Part shown: piece after piece, positions 12,778 to 25,639 of the stretch | Numbering within the stretch: position 1 is the stretch's first letter | How the letters are laid out: the number at the start of each line of letters is the position of its first letter | DNA from: Eimeria praecox | Taxonomy: Eukaryota | Direction: 5' to 3' | Assembly (NCBI GenBank): GCA_963920595.1 | Contig: OY986950.1 | Location: forward strand, 1,798,001 to 1,862,000 | Length of the DNA: 64,000 bases | Program-made: the position numbers and the translations under genes | The notes under the pieces: model-generated | Databases searched by the model: none | What the model was told of the DNA's origin: nothing | What the model saw: only the letters and a program-made list of their open reading frames with translations

Positions 12778-14782
12778 TGCAGCTGCGTTTCGTGAATCAG
12801 GCGTCTTCTATCGACCCTGTACAAGGGTTCCTCAAACCGAACGTGTAAACCAAAAGAGTGACCCAACTCTCGAAAAAAAAATCGCGGCGGTTATACTACG
12901 ACTTCTTTCCTTTGGCGTAGATGGCGGGGGGGGCCCTGCCCCCTGAGGAGGGCTGGTCTTTGAATTGGCCAAGCACAAGCAAATTAGCTACACTGGGCTC
13001 TGGAGAAAATCAAAAGCAAGCATACACCTTTTTTTATTGCCTAACTCATACGCTAATTATGTTTCTTAGGAGAGCCAGATTCCCTGCGCACCCCACACGA
13101 AGAGCCCTGCAATGTCCGGCACTACAGGACCGGGCACTACAGCACATCTGGAACTCCGTAAAATTGGCGAGAAACCATGCGGCAAATCTTGCAGCGCAAA
13201 ATACTTTCAAAAAGGATCCCCGAGTTTTTTATCCTTCGCTGCAAGCTGTTGGGTGCTTTATTGCTGCTTGGCTGTATAAAACTAGCATGGCCGCGTGTTT
13301 GACTAGCAGAGTCGATTTTGCTGGGGCACTCGCTTTCCTGTCCTGCAGATATAACTGTGCGAGAGCAAATAAATATTTCCATTATTGTCCCTAATTTTCA
13401 CGGTAAATTCCTACAACGGCGTTCATCCTGCCAACATGGTAAGCCAGGCGGGAGGATGCCCGCCGATATTTTTACAGGTAGCTGCGACTGTACGTGGTCG
13501 GGAGAGTGCCCACAGTGTAGAAAGCCTTGAAGGGTGTCGTTGCTTCCGTGTCGGGTTAAAATATTTGGCTGTAGTTGGTGCTCACTTAAGCATCAGACTC
13601 TAGGTAGTATGGGGTAGGCTTGAACACGAAGCACGTAGAGATGGAGACCATACCTAATTAAGATCAGCTTATGGCTGTCAGCTAGCAACGGAAGTGCTGC
13701 AAAAGAGAGTTTGCCATATACTTTGACTCACCTACAAAAATCGCATGACAGGCGCTCAGTTCGTGGGACCATTGATGTAAACAGTGGGACACGTCCTCAA
13801 GTAGTAAGTAGGAAGATTAGTACGAAGTGCCCTTGCTCATCAGCAAGTGTAGAAGCAGTGTTAGTGTCTTAAGTCATCGTTCCTGGCTGAAGATAGATTT
13901 TTGTCAATCTTCATTAGCACAGGCTGGAGAAGCGGTGATTCCCTCCCCATGGCCGGTTATGAGGCCTGAAGCGTGGGCAGAGCCGGACTACCGGCAATCT
14001 CATTGATCCTTGATGCCTAGTGTAAGTGATAGTTGAGGGCTCACGATGGGCTACAAGGAAACCGTGGCCCTAAAGCAACTCACCAAAGAAGCATGCGAAT
14101 TTGCTGCGTTCAAGGCTCAGTGAAGCAGCCTGGCTGGGCTAGCCGCTCCATAGTAGGCTTCACTGACCCTGTATACGCCAACACGCCAACAACGTCCAGT
14201 GTTTGGCTCTATCGACAGCAATGCCATGAAGGTTTCTATATTTTATTCACGTTTACATGTTAAGGCTGATTTTTGCCCCTCGAGCAAGCATGAGTCGTGG
14301 GGGGGGAGAACACAAGCAGCTATTTTTCGCTGCATTCTCTTCAACAGCAATGGGGAGATGTCCTGTGTGACCGTAGCTAACTAAGAAAAAAAGTGGTCAG
14401 GGATATGCTCATCATTACGTATGTCCATTCAAGCTATCTAGAAGCGAGACCTTGTGCACATTGATAATCTGCAGCGCTGCAACTAATGAGAGCATGCTGT
14501 ACTTGAGCATGCGACTCTCATGGGGTCCTTTTAGCGCACCTTCTCCATGGAGTATGCTTTGGCGCGTGCATGCACACGCAAGAACGACCAGTGAGCTGCA
14601 TACTTATTTAACCGGATATTTGTGTTGATGCGATCCCTGAGAAGCTTGTAGCAACGTTTCACTGGTCGTCTTCATAACTGTACGACAGCATAATCTCTGG
14701 ATCCCTGGTCTAGTGGGAAAACAGTAAGAAAACTGCTTGGAGCCTCCGGTCCTTCGAGAGTGCATACGACGTGCGCGGGCTG

Positions 14783-15802
14783 TAGATATTATATATAGAT
14801 ATATATATCTATATATAGATATATATAGATATATATAGATATATATAGATATATATAGATATATATAGATATATATCTATATATATCTATATATAGGTAT
14901 ATATAGATATATATAGATATATATAGATATATATAGATATATATAGATATATATAGATATATATAGATATATATAGATATATATAGATATATATAGATAT
15001 ATATAGATATATATAGATATATATAGATATATATAGATATATATAGATATATATAGATATATATAGATATATATAGATATATATAGATATATATAGATAT
15101 ATATAGATATATATAGATATATATAGATATATATAGATATATATAGATATATATAGATATATATAGATATATATAGATATATATAGATATATATAGATAT
15201 ATATAGATATATATAGATATATATAGATATATATAGATATATATAGATATATATAGATATATAGATATATAGATATATAGATATATATAGGTATATAGAT
15301 ATATAGATATATAGATATATAGATATATAGATATATAGATATAGATATAGATATAGATATATATAGATATATAGATATAGATATATAGATATAGATATAT
15401 AGATATAGATATATAGATATAGATATATAGATATATAGATATATAGATATATAGATATATAGATATATAGATATATAGATATATAGATATATAGATATAT
15501 AGATATATAGATATATAGATATATAGATATAGATATATAGATATAGATAAATAGATATAGATATATAGATATAGATATATAGATATATAGATATAGATAT
15601 AGATATATAGATATAGATATATAGATATAGATATATAGATATATAGATATAGATATATAGATAGAGATATAGATATATAGATAGAGATATATAGATATAG
15701 ATATAGACATATAGATATATAGATATATAGATATAGATATAGATATATAGATATATAGATATAAATATAGATATATAGATACAGATAGATAGATAGATAG
15801 AT
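14783..15802. repeat. ~1-kb (AT)nAG microsatellite
   Basis: Units ATATATATAG, ATATATAG and ATATAG read directly from the sequence. Confidence 0.97.
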
Positions 15803-16640
15803 GTATAAAACTATATATGAAGGGGTTGCTTTAGGCATCCACCCGGTTCTGAAGCATGAGCACCGTTCGCCGTGGATGAGCCAGCTCAATGCCAAGGGTT
15901 TGGTTTCACAATGCCTTGCTGAAGCCGTTATATAGACCCATCGGTTTTGCCAGTTCGCAGCTATCCCAGCTATCCATGCATCCGAGCAGAATCTGGGCGT
16001 CTAGCTTCATTTAAGAAGCGAATCACATTCATTTATCTAAGTTCTAGAATCGGGATGTGTACTAGGTTGAACAGTGTTTTGATAAATAGTGCTTATGAAA
16101 ACAAAATAATAATGGCGGAGGCGCTCTGCAGGAAAACAAAGATCTACAGTGGATGTGCGTTTACAAGCATGTGTGCACTGCATTTTTTTATCTGCCTGTG
16201 GGCACCCGTTGTTGCAAGCACCGTGCCTGGCGTTACAGTTACGTTAAACCTCCTCTATCTCTGTGGGGGGATAACGATAAAATCTCCCTGGTTCTGGGTT
16301 AGTTCTACCCCATTTGGTGCTTTCCTCCGCAACGGAGTACCTCCGCAACGGAGTATCCACCAAGAAATTCATGAACAGGGCAAGCATGGGTTTTCTCGGT
16401 GCATAGATTTTCCACTCAGCTGGTCGCTGGAGTAATGTAGATGCACTATGCAACTAGAATAATCTATCGAGAATTGTCAGCTGCCCCATCCTGGTGGTGT
16501 GGGTCCGGCCAAATGGCCTTTCCGAACCTCTTTCAGGCACATAAATTGACTCCACATGCAGAAAATTGCATGGATGACGCTGCGAAGTTGCCAGGTCCAA
16601 CTGTTCAGGCATTTACACCTTTGTGCAAGGCGTGCTGCGT

Positions 16641-17779
16641 TCAGAGTATTGCAATGCTGAGCACCGTCATGGCGACTACTATGAAGCTTGGTAAGGCGAC
16701 AGCAGCGGAGCCCTTGACAGCTGCGGAGATCTTGTCCCATTCTGCTTGTCTGTATAGCGCAACACAAAACCGAAAAGTTGACATGAGAAAGTGTGTTTGT
16801 CTGTCTGCTTGCGGTTTTAGTCTGAAACTACCCATCTGCTTATTCGTCTGGAGAAACCTACGAGAAAGGAGCCTTCTGGTCCTTCTGGAGTACATCAGGC
16901 GTTGTCATGCAAATAAATATGAAGGCCTGACGGTTGGTACTTGCATCGCTCTCTGAAGCTTTTACTGTTGCAGGTTTTTCAGTACAAGTGGCAAGTCTGC
17001 AATCTGCAGTGGCGCCGGTCGAGGGATTGTAGAGCGCCACGAAAGAAACGTTGAGCTTGTCCTTATAGACGGCTGCGCTATCGCTGTTTACTGGAGGGAG
17101 TCCATCGAAGTTCTTGAAGGCACTCTGCCAATAGCTTACTGTACCCTCGCAGTCGACGTCCCCAGATTTTAATATCTCAAATGCGTACGTGCCGTCTTCG
17201 AAGTCTTCGATAGCTGCTGCAGGGGCAGCTTTGCTCCCAGTGGGCTGAACAGAGAATATGTTAACAGCAAACGAATATTGTTTAAGCCGGAGCAGCAATT
17301 TCGACCTCACTAAGCAAGCAACGGAGGACAAAACTTACATTGAGCAAGTCCTTGCAAAGCGGACTCCAGGCATCAGTCGTTGTTGCCAGAGGAAGCCGCT
17401 TGGTGGCCTCCTCAGCGGTTGGCTGGATAAATTTGGCAAGTCCAGCTTTCTCACGAGCAGCGTCGATTTCAGTGAGGCACTGACCTTCGCTCCCTGCAAG
17501 AATGAACGCAACGCAGCAAATTGGCCCTCTTGGAGTCATCCAATTTCCACAACCAGAAAAGCGAGTTTCGAGGCGGTTACTTTAAGCACGTTGGTAGAAT
17601 GCAAAAAAACCTGCTAGTTCGTTTTCCTCGCGTTTTACAAATTCAACAGCATCAAAAGCCGTTTATATTGACTCACCAAGAGCCACTTCATAGGTTGGAT
17701 CATTCTGAGCTGACGAGAGCGCCACAGAGCCCAATGCCAACAAGGCGCCCGCGAAGGAGAGAATCTTGGTAGGTGCCAT
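16641..17779 (-). CDS. sag: Eimeria surface antigen, sagA-type (249 aa)
   Basis: Exons 17779-17677, 17493-17339, 17244-16862, 16749-16641. Signal MAPTKILSFAGALLAL, motifs CLTEIDAAR, KRLP, NVSFVALYNP and ADCRLATC, GPI tail. Confidence 0.92.
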
Positions 17780-18759
17780 TGTATCGATGTTTGAATTATA
17801 TTATCAACCTCAGATGAAACGAACAGCAAGAGTAGTTAAGCAAGGCAAAATATACAGAGGCACAAAAGTGAATGGCGCTGTAGAACTGAGCTGACCACTG
17901 CGAAGCTGCTCGGCGAGCGGAGCCTCGTGCAGCACACCGCAACTGAGCTAGCTAAAGCATGAGTGTGAAGAGCAGCTGACCACACAATCTGCGTGAAAAT
18001 GTGGGAAATTTCTTTCTCATGTTGTTACTGATCTAGGTTTTAAAGATCTTAGTTTATACCGTAAAGTACTAGGGCTGGCTTTGAGGGCGGAAAGTGATCT
18101 GAGGTCACCTGGTCCGCTGTGCTTCCGTACGTTCAGGCAGTGTACGAGGCCTCACGAGCTGTGGCATCTCTCCGCGTTGCTCGCGAGTTTCGAGATATCC
18201 CACAACTTTATAATCATTTTCTAACGATATCCGTGTTTTTACTCGGTTGCTGGTACGATGGTGAGCTATCGACAAGCTCTGTGACACCATCGCCTAGGAG
18301 CCACGCGAAGGTTTCATTTAGGAGATGAGCGTCGCCGCCCACCCCTTTAGTTTCGGTAGATTTCAAAAGTATACTAGCAAAGAAATATTTTAAGTCTTGT
18401 TTTGCCCCAAAGCTGCTCGTGCTCAACCGCAGCTGCGCGCCGGATAGCAGGACAGGCCCAAAGAAGGAGGGTCTCTTCAGTGGTCATCCTGTAGTCTTCC
18501 ATGTCACTCCCTTTTCCCCATTACCTTAGAAATAGCCATGCTTTTCTCCACTCCTTGAGTTTCGCCACAGTTTCAGGGTAGTGTCCACCTTGTGCGATGC
18601 CAGCTGCCAGGGCTTGGAAACCAGCACGAGCTGAGTGTAAAGAAGTTTTTGATGTCACAGATATTGTATGGCGCCCACGAAGTAACATTCGTTAAGGGTA
18701 CGTCGTGCGCTGCATGCAATGCTGAAACGTACAGGCTGATGGAGAGCGAGGCACCACCG

Positions 18760-18877
18760 GATAATAATGAGTGTTCTCTGCTTTGAGGCATAGGCCCATC
18801 AGTTGCAGAAACAAATAAAATAGCCCGATCCATATGCGCTGCTCCTGCACACATATTCTTGCATAACCTGAACAACC
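18760..18877 (-). pseudogene. tuf: Elongation factor Tu fragment (degenerate)
   Basis: Translates as GCSGYA / [33 protein letters not shown] versus the EF-Tu consensus [39 protein letters not shown](I/L)LL. There is an apparent 10-nt deletion (frameshift) and conserved residues are substituted. No intact flanking EF-Tu sequence is recognisable. Confidence 0.8.
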
Positions 18878-20879
18878 CGAATTCTGTAGAGGTTCTCCAG
18901 ATAGCAGGATATGAGAAGAGCAAGACGCCCGGATTTGGGGTTGCAGTAGCGGAAACTTGATGGTTTTCTCACAGCGCAGTAGGCGCCGACGGCAGTACCA
19001 GCAGTTTGTTCGTGTATTCCATCTAACAGATGCGAGTCTTTCCTGCATTCTTTCTAGTTGGGGTGGTTGGTGTTCCTTCAAAAAAAACCACTGGCTGTAA
19101 GGTTGCGCTTGGGGGCGCATTGAACTCAATGCACACGAATGCCATTTTACCGAGGCACTTGGCGTGTTATATTTGTTTCATTTCATCAAATTAGACCACT
19201 AGAGGTCCTACATGAGCTCCATTGTAGTGCTTGCGCACTACATCAGGAACCCTTAGGGGAAGTCTGGGCTGTTCTATTATTCTGGGATTTTTCTTCTACA
19301 GTGGTGCTTGAATGTGTTTTAAGGACTGTTATTTGATTATTTAAGACATTTTAAGGTATGTTCCTGGGGATTTATCTTTAGGTGCAGAGTGTGCGCCCAT
19401 TAGGTATACTTGCACAAGCTATATACGTGGTGACAGCAGAGCGCGCTGTTTACAACACCGTTGGCTTGCGCAGAGTGTAAAGATCGACACGCTCTGTGGG
19501 GGGTAAATACCACTGGCTCTGATACACCCATTGATATATAAAATAATATGCCCATGAAGCATGCTGCAAAACGTGTGGAGGCTACTGTGCCTCCGCGTGG
19601 TTTCTCACGAGACAGGTGAGGCAATCCGTAGGCAGCAGAAGACATGAACTTAGCTGTTTCTACTTGCGAATATCTCATGGCTGCCATGCATAGCTCACGT
19701 TTTCCTACTGAAGGTAACGGATTATCCTTACCAGGAGAGCGCTCGAGTTCTATTTCTATCAGGCTGACTGACGGCAGCACGCCTGTGCGCATGTGTATTA
19801 AGACTAAAGCTGACTTATACAACAGTTATCGTTAGTTCCTCGCGACAGTGCCATGCTAATACCAAGAGATTCCGCGGCAATGCCGCACAGATCTGCAGGT
19901 TTGTTAACCAAAGCCAGCGAAGGCGGATGCGAGATGGAGATGCCTCCACCATTTTCCTTCCTGCGGATGCAGAGAAGCCTGAGCACTGCCTTTCTAAAAG
20001 CTCCCCCAAAATGATTTGGTTGTGCCATCGCTAGGCAGTCGCATCGGATGGCCACACGAGCGGTTTTAGGTTGCGCTGTTTCGTATGAACGTGGAAGAGT
20101 GTGCTGTAACGTTTCTGTTGCATGCAAACACTTGAAAGCTGCCATTAACGCCCGTTTGAGGGTTTTACATAGCCGCGAATGATGGTGTAGCTTGATTGAT
20201 GCGTGCAGAGCATGGCTGTTCCTGCCCGGAACTGCAGTGGTATCCAGCAAATACGTCGCGTACCATGTTGCCTAGCAGCTATGTGGATTCGACTTTTCGC
20301 ATTTTATTCTTGATTATGTCTGTATAAAATGCGGGCAGTTTCCAAAGATATGAAACTTCAAATAAGGGCTACGCTCCTTGCGGGGCTTAGCCGTCCCACA
20401 GGCTTCGCAAAATGCTGCCTCTTTCCTGCAGGAAGACTACCTATTCACCTTTGGCCAATGCTTCAGCCCACAGAAGAGCACGAACTGTTTATCAGCAATG
20501 TGCATTCACACGCGAAAGTTGTCAAGCGGTTGACTCCACTGCAGCGTTTGCTGTCCGAGGCCGTAACTTTCTGGCTTCGTCATTTTGTCAAACCACCGAA
20601 ACTACAATCACTTCCTGTTTGCTGTACACATGCTAGCAGTCGCTGAGTGCTCTAACCAATAAAAAACAATCGTGAGGCAGTTTGTTCAACTGCTCTGACC
20701 CTACCAAAGCATATCTGTTCCACTTCATGGCTTGGCACACAGTTGCTCGGGGTGCGGCTTTTTCCGGTCCTCTTCTCCTTGGCTTGCCATGCATGTATCA
20801 TGCATCTGCCTAGAAAATCGAGTGTCTCTAAAGAATACGTAGGATTCAAGCAGCGTCTGTTTCAATGATCGTCAATGTT

Positions 20880-22005
20880 TCATAGCACCAGTAGAGCGAC
20901 GCTGAGTGCTGTCGCAGCAAGACCCAGCAGACTGGGTACGGCAGTCACGGCGGAGCCCTTTATAGCTTTGACAATGCGCTTCCATTGTTCATCTCTGCAC
21001 AACGCACACCGAGAAAGCAGAGAATGACCACATATCAACGCGCAAAGAAGAATGAACAAGAGTACTCTACGGAAGAAAGCCTCACGTAAATGGAACTGTG
21101 CTGTTGTCTTCCGGAAGCACGTCGGGCGTCGTCATGCAGATCAGAGCAAAGCCCGATGCGGATTCCGTTGCTTGTGGCTCGGTCGTTTGAGTAGTTCTGG
21201 AGCATGTAACAACTCGGCAGTCCGCAGTAGCACCGGACGAGGGATTGTAGATGGCCACAAGGGAGACATTGGTGGGGTTGCTATACAGCTGCTGGTCTTT
21301 GCTATTTGGAGGCGGCGGCCCGTCGAAGTTTTTGTAAGCTCCTTTCCATTCGTCCACCACTGCACTGCAGTCCGGGACATCGGATTTCAGGGCCTTGAAT
21401 GCGTACGTCCCGCTGTCGAACTTCGTGAGCGTAGCGGCAATTGCGGGATTTGTGTCACTGGTTTTCTGAAGTCAACACGGCACCACAGAACTTCAATGAT
21501 AATTCCCATGGGCAGCAAGCTGCGGACGACAGACACAGCCATGATAATGAATGGCGTACTGGAAGCAAGACGTCGCAAACAGACTTCCACGCTGAAGAGT
21601 TGTATTCAGTTCCGTCGTCCGATTCAAATCCAGCTGGTAGGCGTTTCCCCGTTGCATCCGCATTGGCCTGAACGAAATTGCTGAAACCAGCTGCCTCGCG
21701 GGCAGAATTGATCTTTGTGAGGCATGCGCCTTCATCGCCTGCAACGATAGAAGGGGACAATTGCACACAAAAGGCCACGATATGCTGGGAACAGCGTCCT
21801 AGGGCTCATCACTGGGCGCGTGCTTGTGAACACAGAAACACTCCAAGTGGTTGTGTAAACTACTTAAATTTTCATGTTTATAACACTTGGAGTGAGTCGA
21901 CCCACCGAGTTTCACACTGTAGGTATAGGTTGTTTCTGCCCCGCTGGACCCGCCCACGAAGGCAAGCAAGGCACCGACGAGTGTGAGCAACCTGAGAGGC
22001 GCCAT
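20880..22005 (-). CDS. sag: Eimeria surface antigen, sagA-type (257 aa)
   Basis: Exons 22005-21906, 21738-21560, 21465-21086, 20994-20880. Signal MAPLRLLTLVGALLAF, CLTKINSAR, KRLP, six Cys, GPI tail. Confidence 0.92.
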
Positions 22006-22809
22006 TATGCCCAAGTGAGTCCAATATCCTGGAGGGTAATTTTTGCACAAGTTTAACACTAGAGTTTCCGGGGATCGAGCACCCCATGCGTTAGACACCG
22101 CGTATTCTTCGGCTGGCGTGGGCGGCGCTCGGGCGAGCGACTTGGGAGTGCGTGAGACAGGCATCCAGGTCCACAAGCCAAACCATAGCGACTGACTAGT
22201 CAAACCTTCACCAGTTACTGCAACAAGAAGCAACAAACTTGTGTTGTTTAGGTTGCAAAGGGATAAGGTAGTAAATATATCTCAAGCCTCCCAACCTTCC
22301 AGCAAGCTTCACCACTGTCTCCAGTCTGTGGAGCCTAGTGATTCTTGCATGTATGTCTCCAGCTTGCGTCCTGTAAATTCAGTCACCCTTTTACAGTCAT
22401 GTGCGTTGTTGTGGCTCCTTCATGATGGTCCATTAGTGTACCGGGTGTGAAAGGGCAGCATGAGCCTATCCACACGACTCATCGTAAATACCACGGAAAT
22501 GGTCTACTTGAGGTAACTCTAAGCTTTGCACGATGTAAGAAACTTTCTGGAAACTTCGTTAACTATCCTAAGCAAGCTGAATACCCGTACTGTGAATGCT
22601 GCATCAGTCTGGTCTTACACTGCGACTGCATCGTTCATCATGCTAATCACTGCTAGCTAATTCAGAGGAAGAAAGAACACAAATAATTGACAGGAAATCA
22701 AACTTAGCTTCAGCATGAAATAGTGGAAACCTTTCGAGAAAAACGGAAAATGGAATATTTGTTTCAACCCTACCACAACAGGAACTGCTCCAAGGCGTCG
22801 TAAAGTGGC

Positions 22810-23700
22810 TCACGTGAATGGAGCAGTGCCGCTTGCCTTTAGCTCATCAGGCGCCGTTATGCAAACCAAAGTATAGCCAATCGACTCCAGCTGGTGTAGT
22901 TGTTCGAGTGCACCTAACGACTCGGCAATCTGCAAAGGCTGCGGACGAAGGGTTTGTACAAGGCCAAGAGCGACACATTGCCGATATCATTGTATAGTGT
23001 GGTAGTATTGCTATTTGGTGGTGGTGGTCCATTAAAGCTTTTGTAGGCTACGTTTCATCATTTCAGTATATCCGGGCAGTTAGGGGAGGGGGAACTGAGA
23101 GGCGCGCAAGCACATGTGCCGCTGTCTTACTTCGGTGTTTCAGTAACGGCTCGCGAGGTTTACTCGGCACTCTCATTCTGAGAGAAGGAAGCAGGACAGT
23201 GAGTGACAGTGCAGGGTGCTCGTGAAAGATTTTGCCTGCGATAGGTGAAATCGAGGTAACCAACTCACTGGTATCAAGGCCTTGCATGCAGACAGCCAAG
23301 CTTGTGGTTTTGCTCCCAAGTCCAATCAGGAGCTAGGCAGCCTTTTCGTTGCCTCGTTAGAAGCGGGTTTCGTTGGCTCGCTGAAACCAACCTTTGTGCA
23401 GGCAGTATTGGTGTCTTCAAGGCGTGCGTTCTTATCTCCTGTGAGCCTCAGCATAGTTCTGCGCCCAGCCCATCTGACTTTGGCGCTCGATACCATGCCT
23501 ATCGCCCCCGTTTTTCTGGTACGGGAGGCGGGGAGCTGGGTGCGTTGTTGGAATGTTCTGCCATCCAGAGCAGTTGGGACTTTGTTGTGAGCAGCATACC
23601 GAGTCTTGCAGGGTATGTTATGGTTGGAAATGCGAGTAGACCGCTTGCTACAGCATGGTCTGAGTGATGTTCGTGCTCGTATCTCCGCTTGCTCGCAGGC
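22810..23700 (-). pseudogene. sag: Decayed sagA pseudogene
   Basis: Exon-1 remnant ending TITYPARLG at 23600. Exon 2 (23438-23269) has Cys->Arg and an in-frame TGA (KRLPSS*). The exon-3 remnant AYKSFNGPPPP..NVSLLALY has a +1 frameshift before ADCRVVRC...APFT and a GTGAG donor at ~22812. No start codon or exon 4 was recognised. Confidence 0.85.
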
Positions 23701-24259
23701 TAGTTATGGACAATCAAGCAAATTTTAACAACTCCCTACACTGAGCTATATAATTCTGGCGCATCTAGAAAAACGGGGCTGGATTGTGCGTGCGTCTCGG
23801 GCTGCTTTGGAGCATGAGTTACAGCCAAGTGCGTTGCAGCTAATGGCAGGCCCAATCCTCTCCCCACCCGCTCCGCTTCTCCCAGGATGCCTGGAAACTG
23901 TAGGGAATGCTATCTGCCTTGGGGGACCTTTTCCTTAAGCCTTTGATTCTACTGCAGTTCACTAAGATCCTCGGCTAAGATCGATGATCTTCGGTAGAGA
24001 ATGCAACGAGAAAGAGGGAATCTGAGTTCTCATTTAAATTCGGCAAGAGCGTTCAGCACTCGCAGCAGGTTCTTTCTTGTGGGCCAGGCAGTTGGGCTAG
24101 CATAATGTGCTTTCTTCAACTATGATTAACGACTGTAGGAATGCGGTGTCTCATTCGTGAATGCCAGTACCCTACTCTGCGAATGGACTGCTGCCGCCAA
24201 CTAATGGAGTCGACGGGATCTCTGTTTTGCTAGTCTGCTTCAAATGCACTGCGATTTAC

Positions 24260-25516
24260 CTAGCGAATGAGATGAGAGACGAGGATGGACTCAACGGAAG
24301 TTTCGAGGCCTCGCATCGCCCCCACTGCGCAAAGGGCTGCTGCGGCTAGACCCAAAAGACTGGGCAAGACAGCCGACGCAGAGCCTTTTAAAGCTGTAGC
24401 AATCTCTCCCCAGTGCTCGTCTCTGTGAAGCGTACACCGACACAGCAAATAGTTAACATGCAAAAAGCGCCTGCATAGCAAACGGGGCATGCTGACGTCA
24501 AAAGACTCACGTGAAAGGAGGAGTGTCAATGCTCTTGGAAAGAACGTCAGGCGTTGTCAAGCAAATCAAAGCAGAGCCTTCCTTTTCTTCTGTCTTGGTA
24601 TCGCCCCCTTCGCCACCCTGAGTGTTTTTTGTGGTTGTCGTGACTGTTTTCTTGCATGTGACGACTCGGCAGTCAGCAGTGGCGCCATCTGAAGGGTTGT
24701 ATATGGCCACGAAAGAGACGTTGTTCTGATCCTTGTATAGTTCATTACCTGCCGTGTATGTTGGGGGCAATCCATTGAAGTTCTTGTAGGCGGCATTCCA
24801 CGTATCCACTGCGGCAGTGCAGTTGGCGGGAGCAGTATCGACGACATGGTACGCGTATGTGCCGCCCACGAATTGGCTTCCAGCACTTCCCCCGGTCACC
24901 TTTTGCTCTGCTTCTTCCTGAGAGCATCTAGACAGTGAGGCGCTGGCTTGATAATTGAAAGAAAGTGCGCTTCCCACTGAAGGCATGGGTAGAGAAGCAA
25001 AAAATACTTACTGGGAAGAAGACGTCGCAGACAGGCTTCCAAGTCCAGGTTCCATAGTTTTCGGAATCTACCGTTGATTCTACAGGCAGCCGCTTGCTGC
25101 TGTCGTTATTTGGAGCTTGTACGAATTCGTTAAGACCAGCTTTAACCCTAGCAGCATTGATATCGGAGAGACATTCGGCTTCACTTCCTGCAGCCAGAGG
25201 GACAGAGCAGTACCATGGGGTGACGCATGCTTGTGAGTCCCCCCATATGCTTAGTAAGATGTTTCTGAAGAAGTTTAGGCCTTCACTGACGACTGTAAGT
25301 CTTCCGAGCAGGTGAGGGCCGGCAAGAAGAGTTTGCCGCCATGGCACCACCTCAAGGCCAGGGCGGCACCAGCAGGCAGCAAGCTTACCAAGTGTGGCAA
25401 CATATTGTGTTTTTGGTGTTGTTACTGCAGGCGGGGGGGTTCCTGGATCATCCATCGGCTTCGGCCACGAGGAACAGCGAGGCACTGACGACTGTGAGCA
25501 GAGGGATGGCCCGCAT
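24260..25516 (-). pseudogene. sag: sagA gene with a frameshift in exon 1 and a probable stop-loss (young pseudogene, variant product or sequence error)
   Basis: Exons 25516-25389 (128 nt, one base too long; the ATG frame hits TGA after ...VAEADG), 25187-25012, 24917-24511, 24422-24260. Exons 2 and 3 are intact with six Cys. CGA at 24313-24311 lies about where paralogues stop. Confidence 0.75.
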
Positions 25517-25639
25517 TGCTGACGAGTAGATGCTTAGACTCCGAGCTGAACACCAAGTAACAGTCTGTCAGATCCTTCTACTATGCAAGTAGTTTTCAAA
25601 ATGCACACGATGCAGGCCTGCAAAGCAAAATGCTGGGGG

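Noticed and set aside
12921..14400. ORFs upstream of TRM61
   Set aside because: No recognisable homology or splice pattern; treated as intergenic.
14789..15895. 368-aa and 277-aa Y/I/S-rich ORFs
   Set aside because: They are translations of the (AT)nAG microsatellite.
18214..18426. Possible EF-Tu domain-3 remnant (FASILLKSTETKGVGG)
   Set aside because: The resemblance to YVLxKEEGGRH is too weak to support without an alignment.
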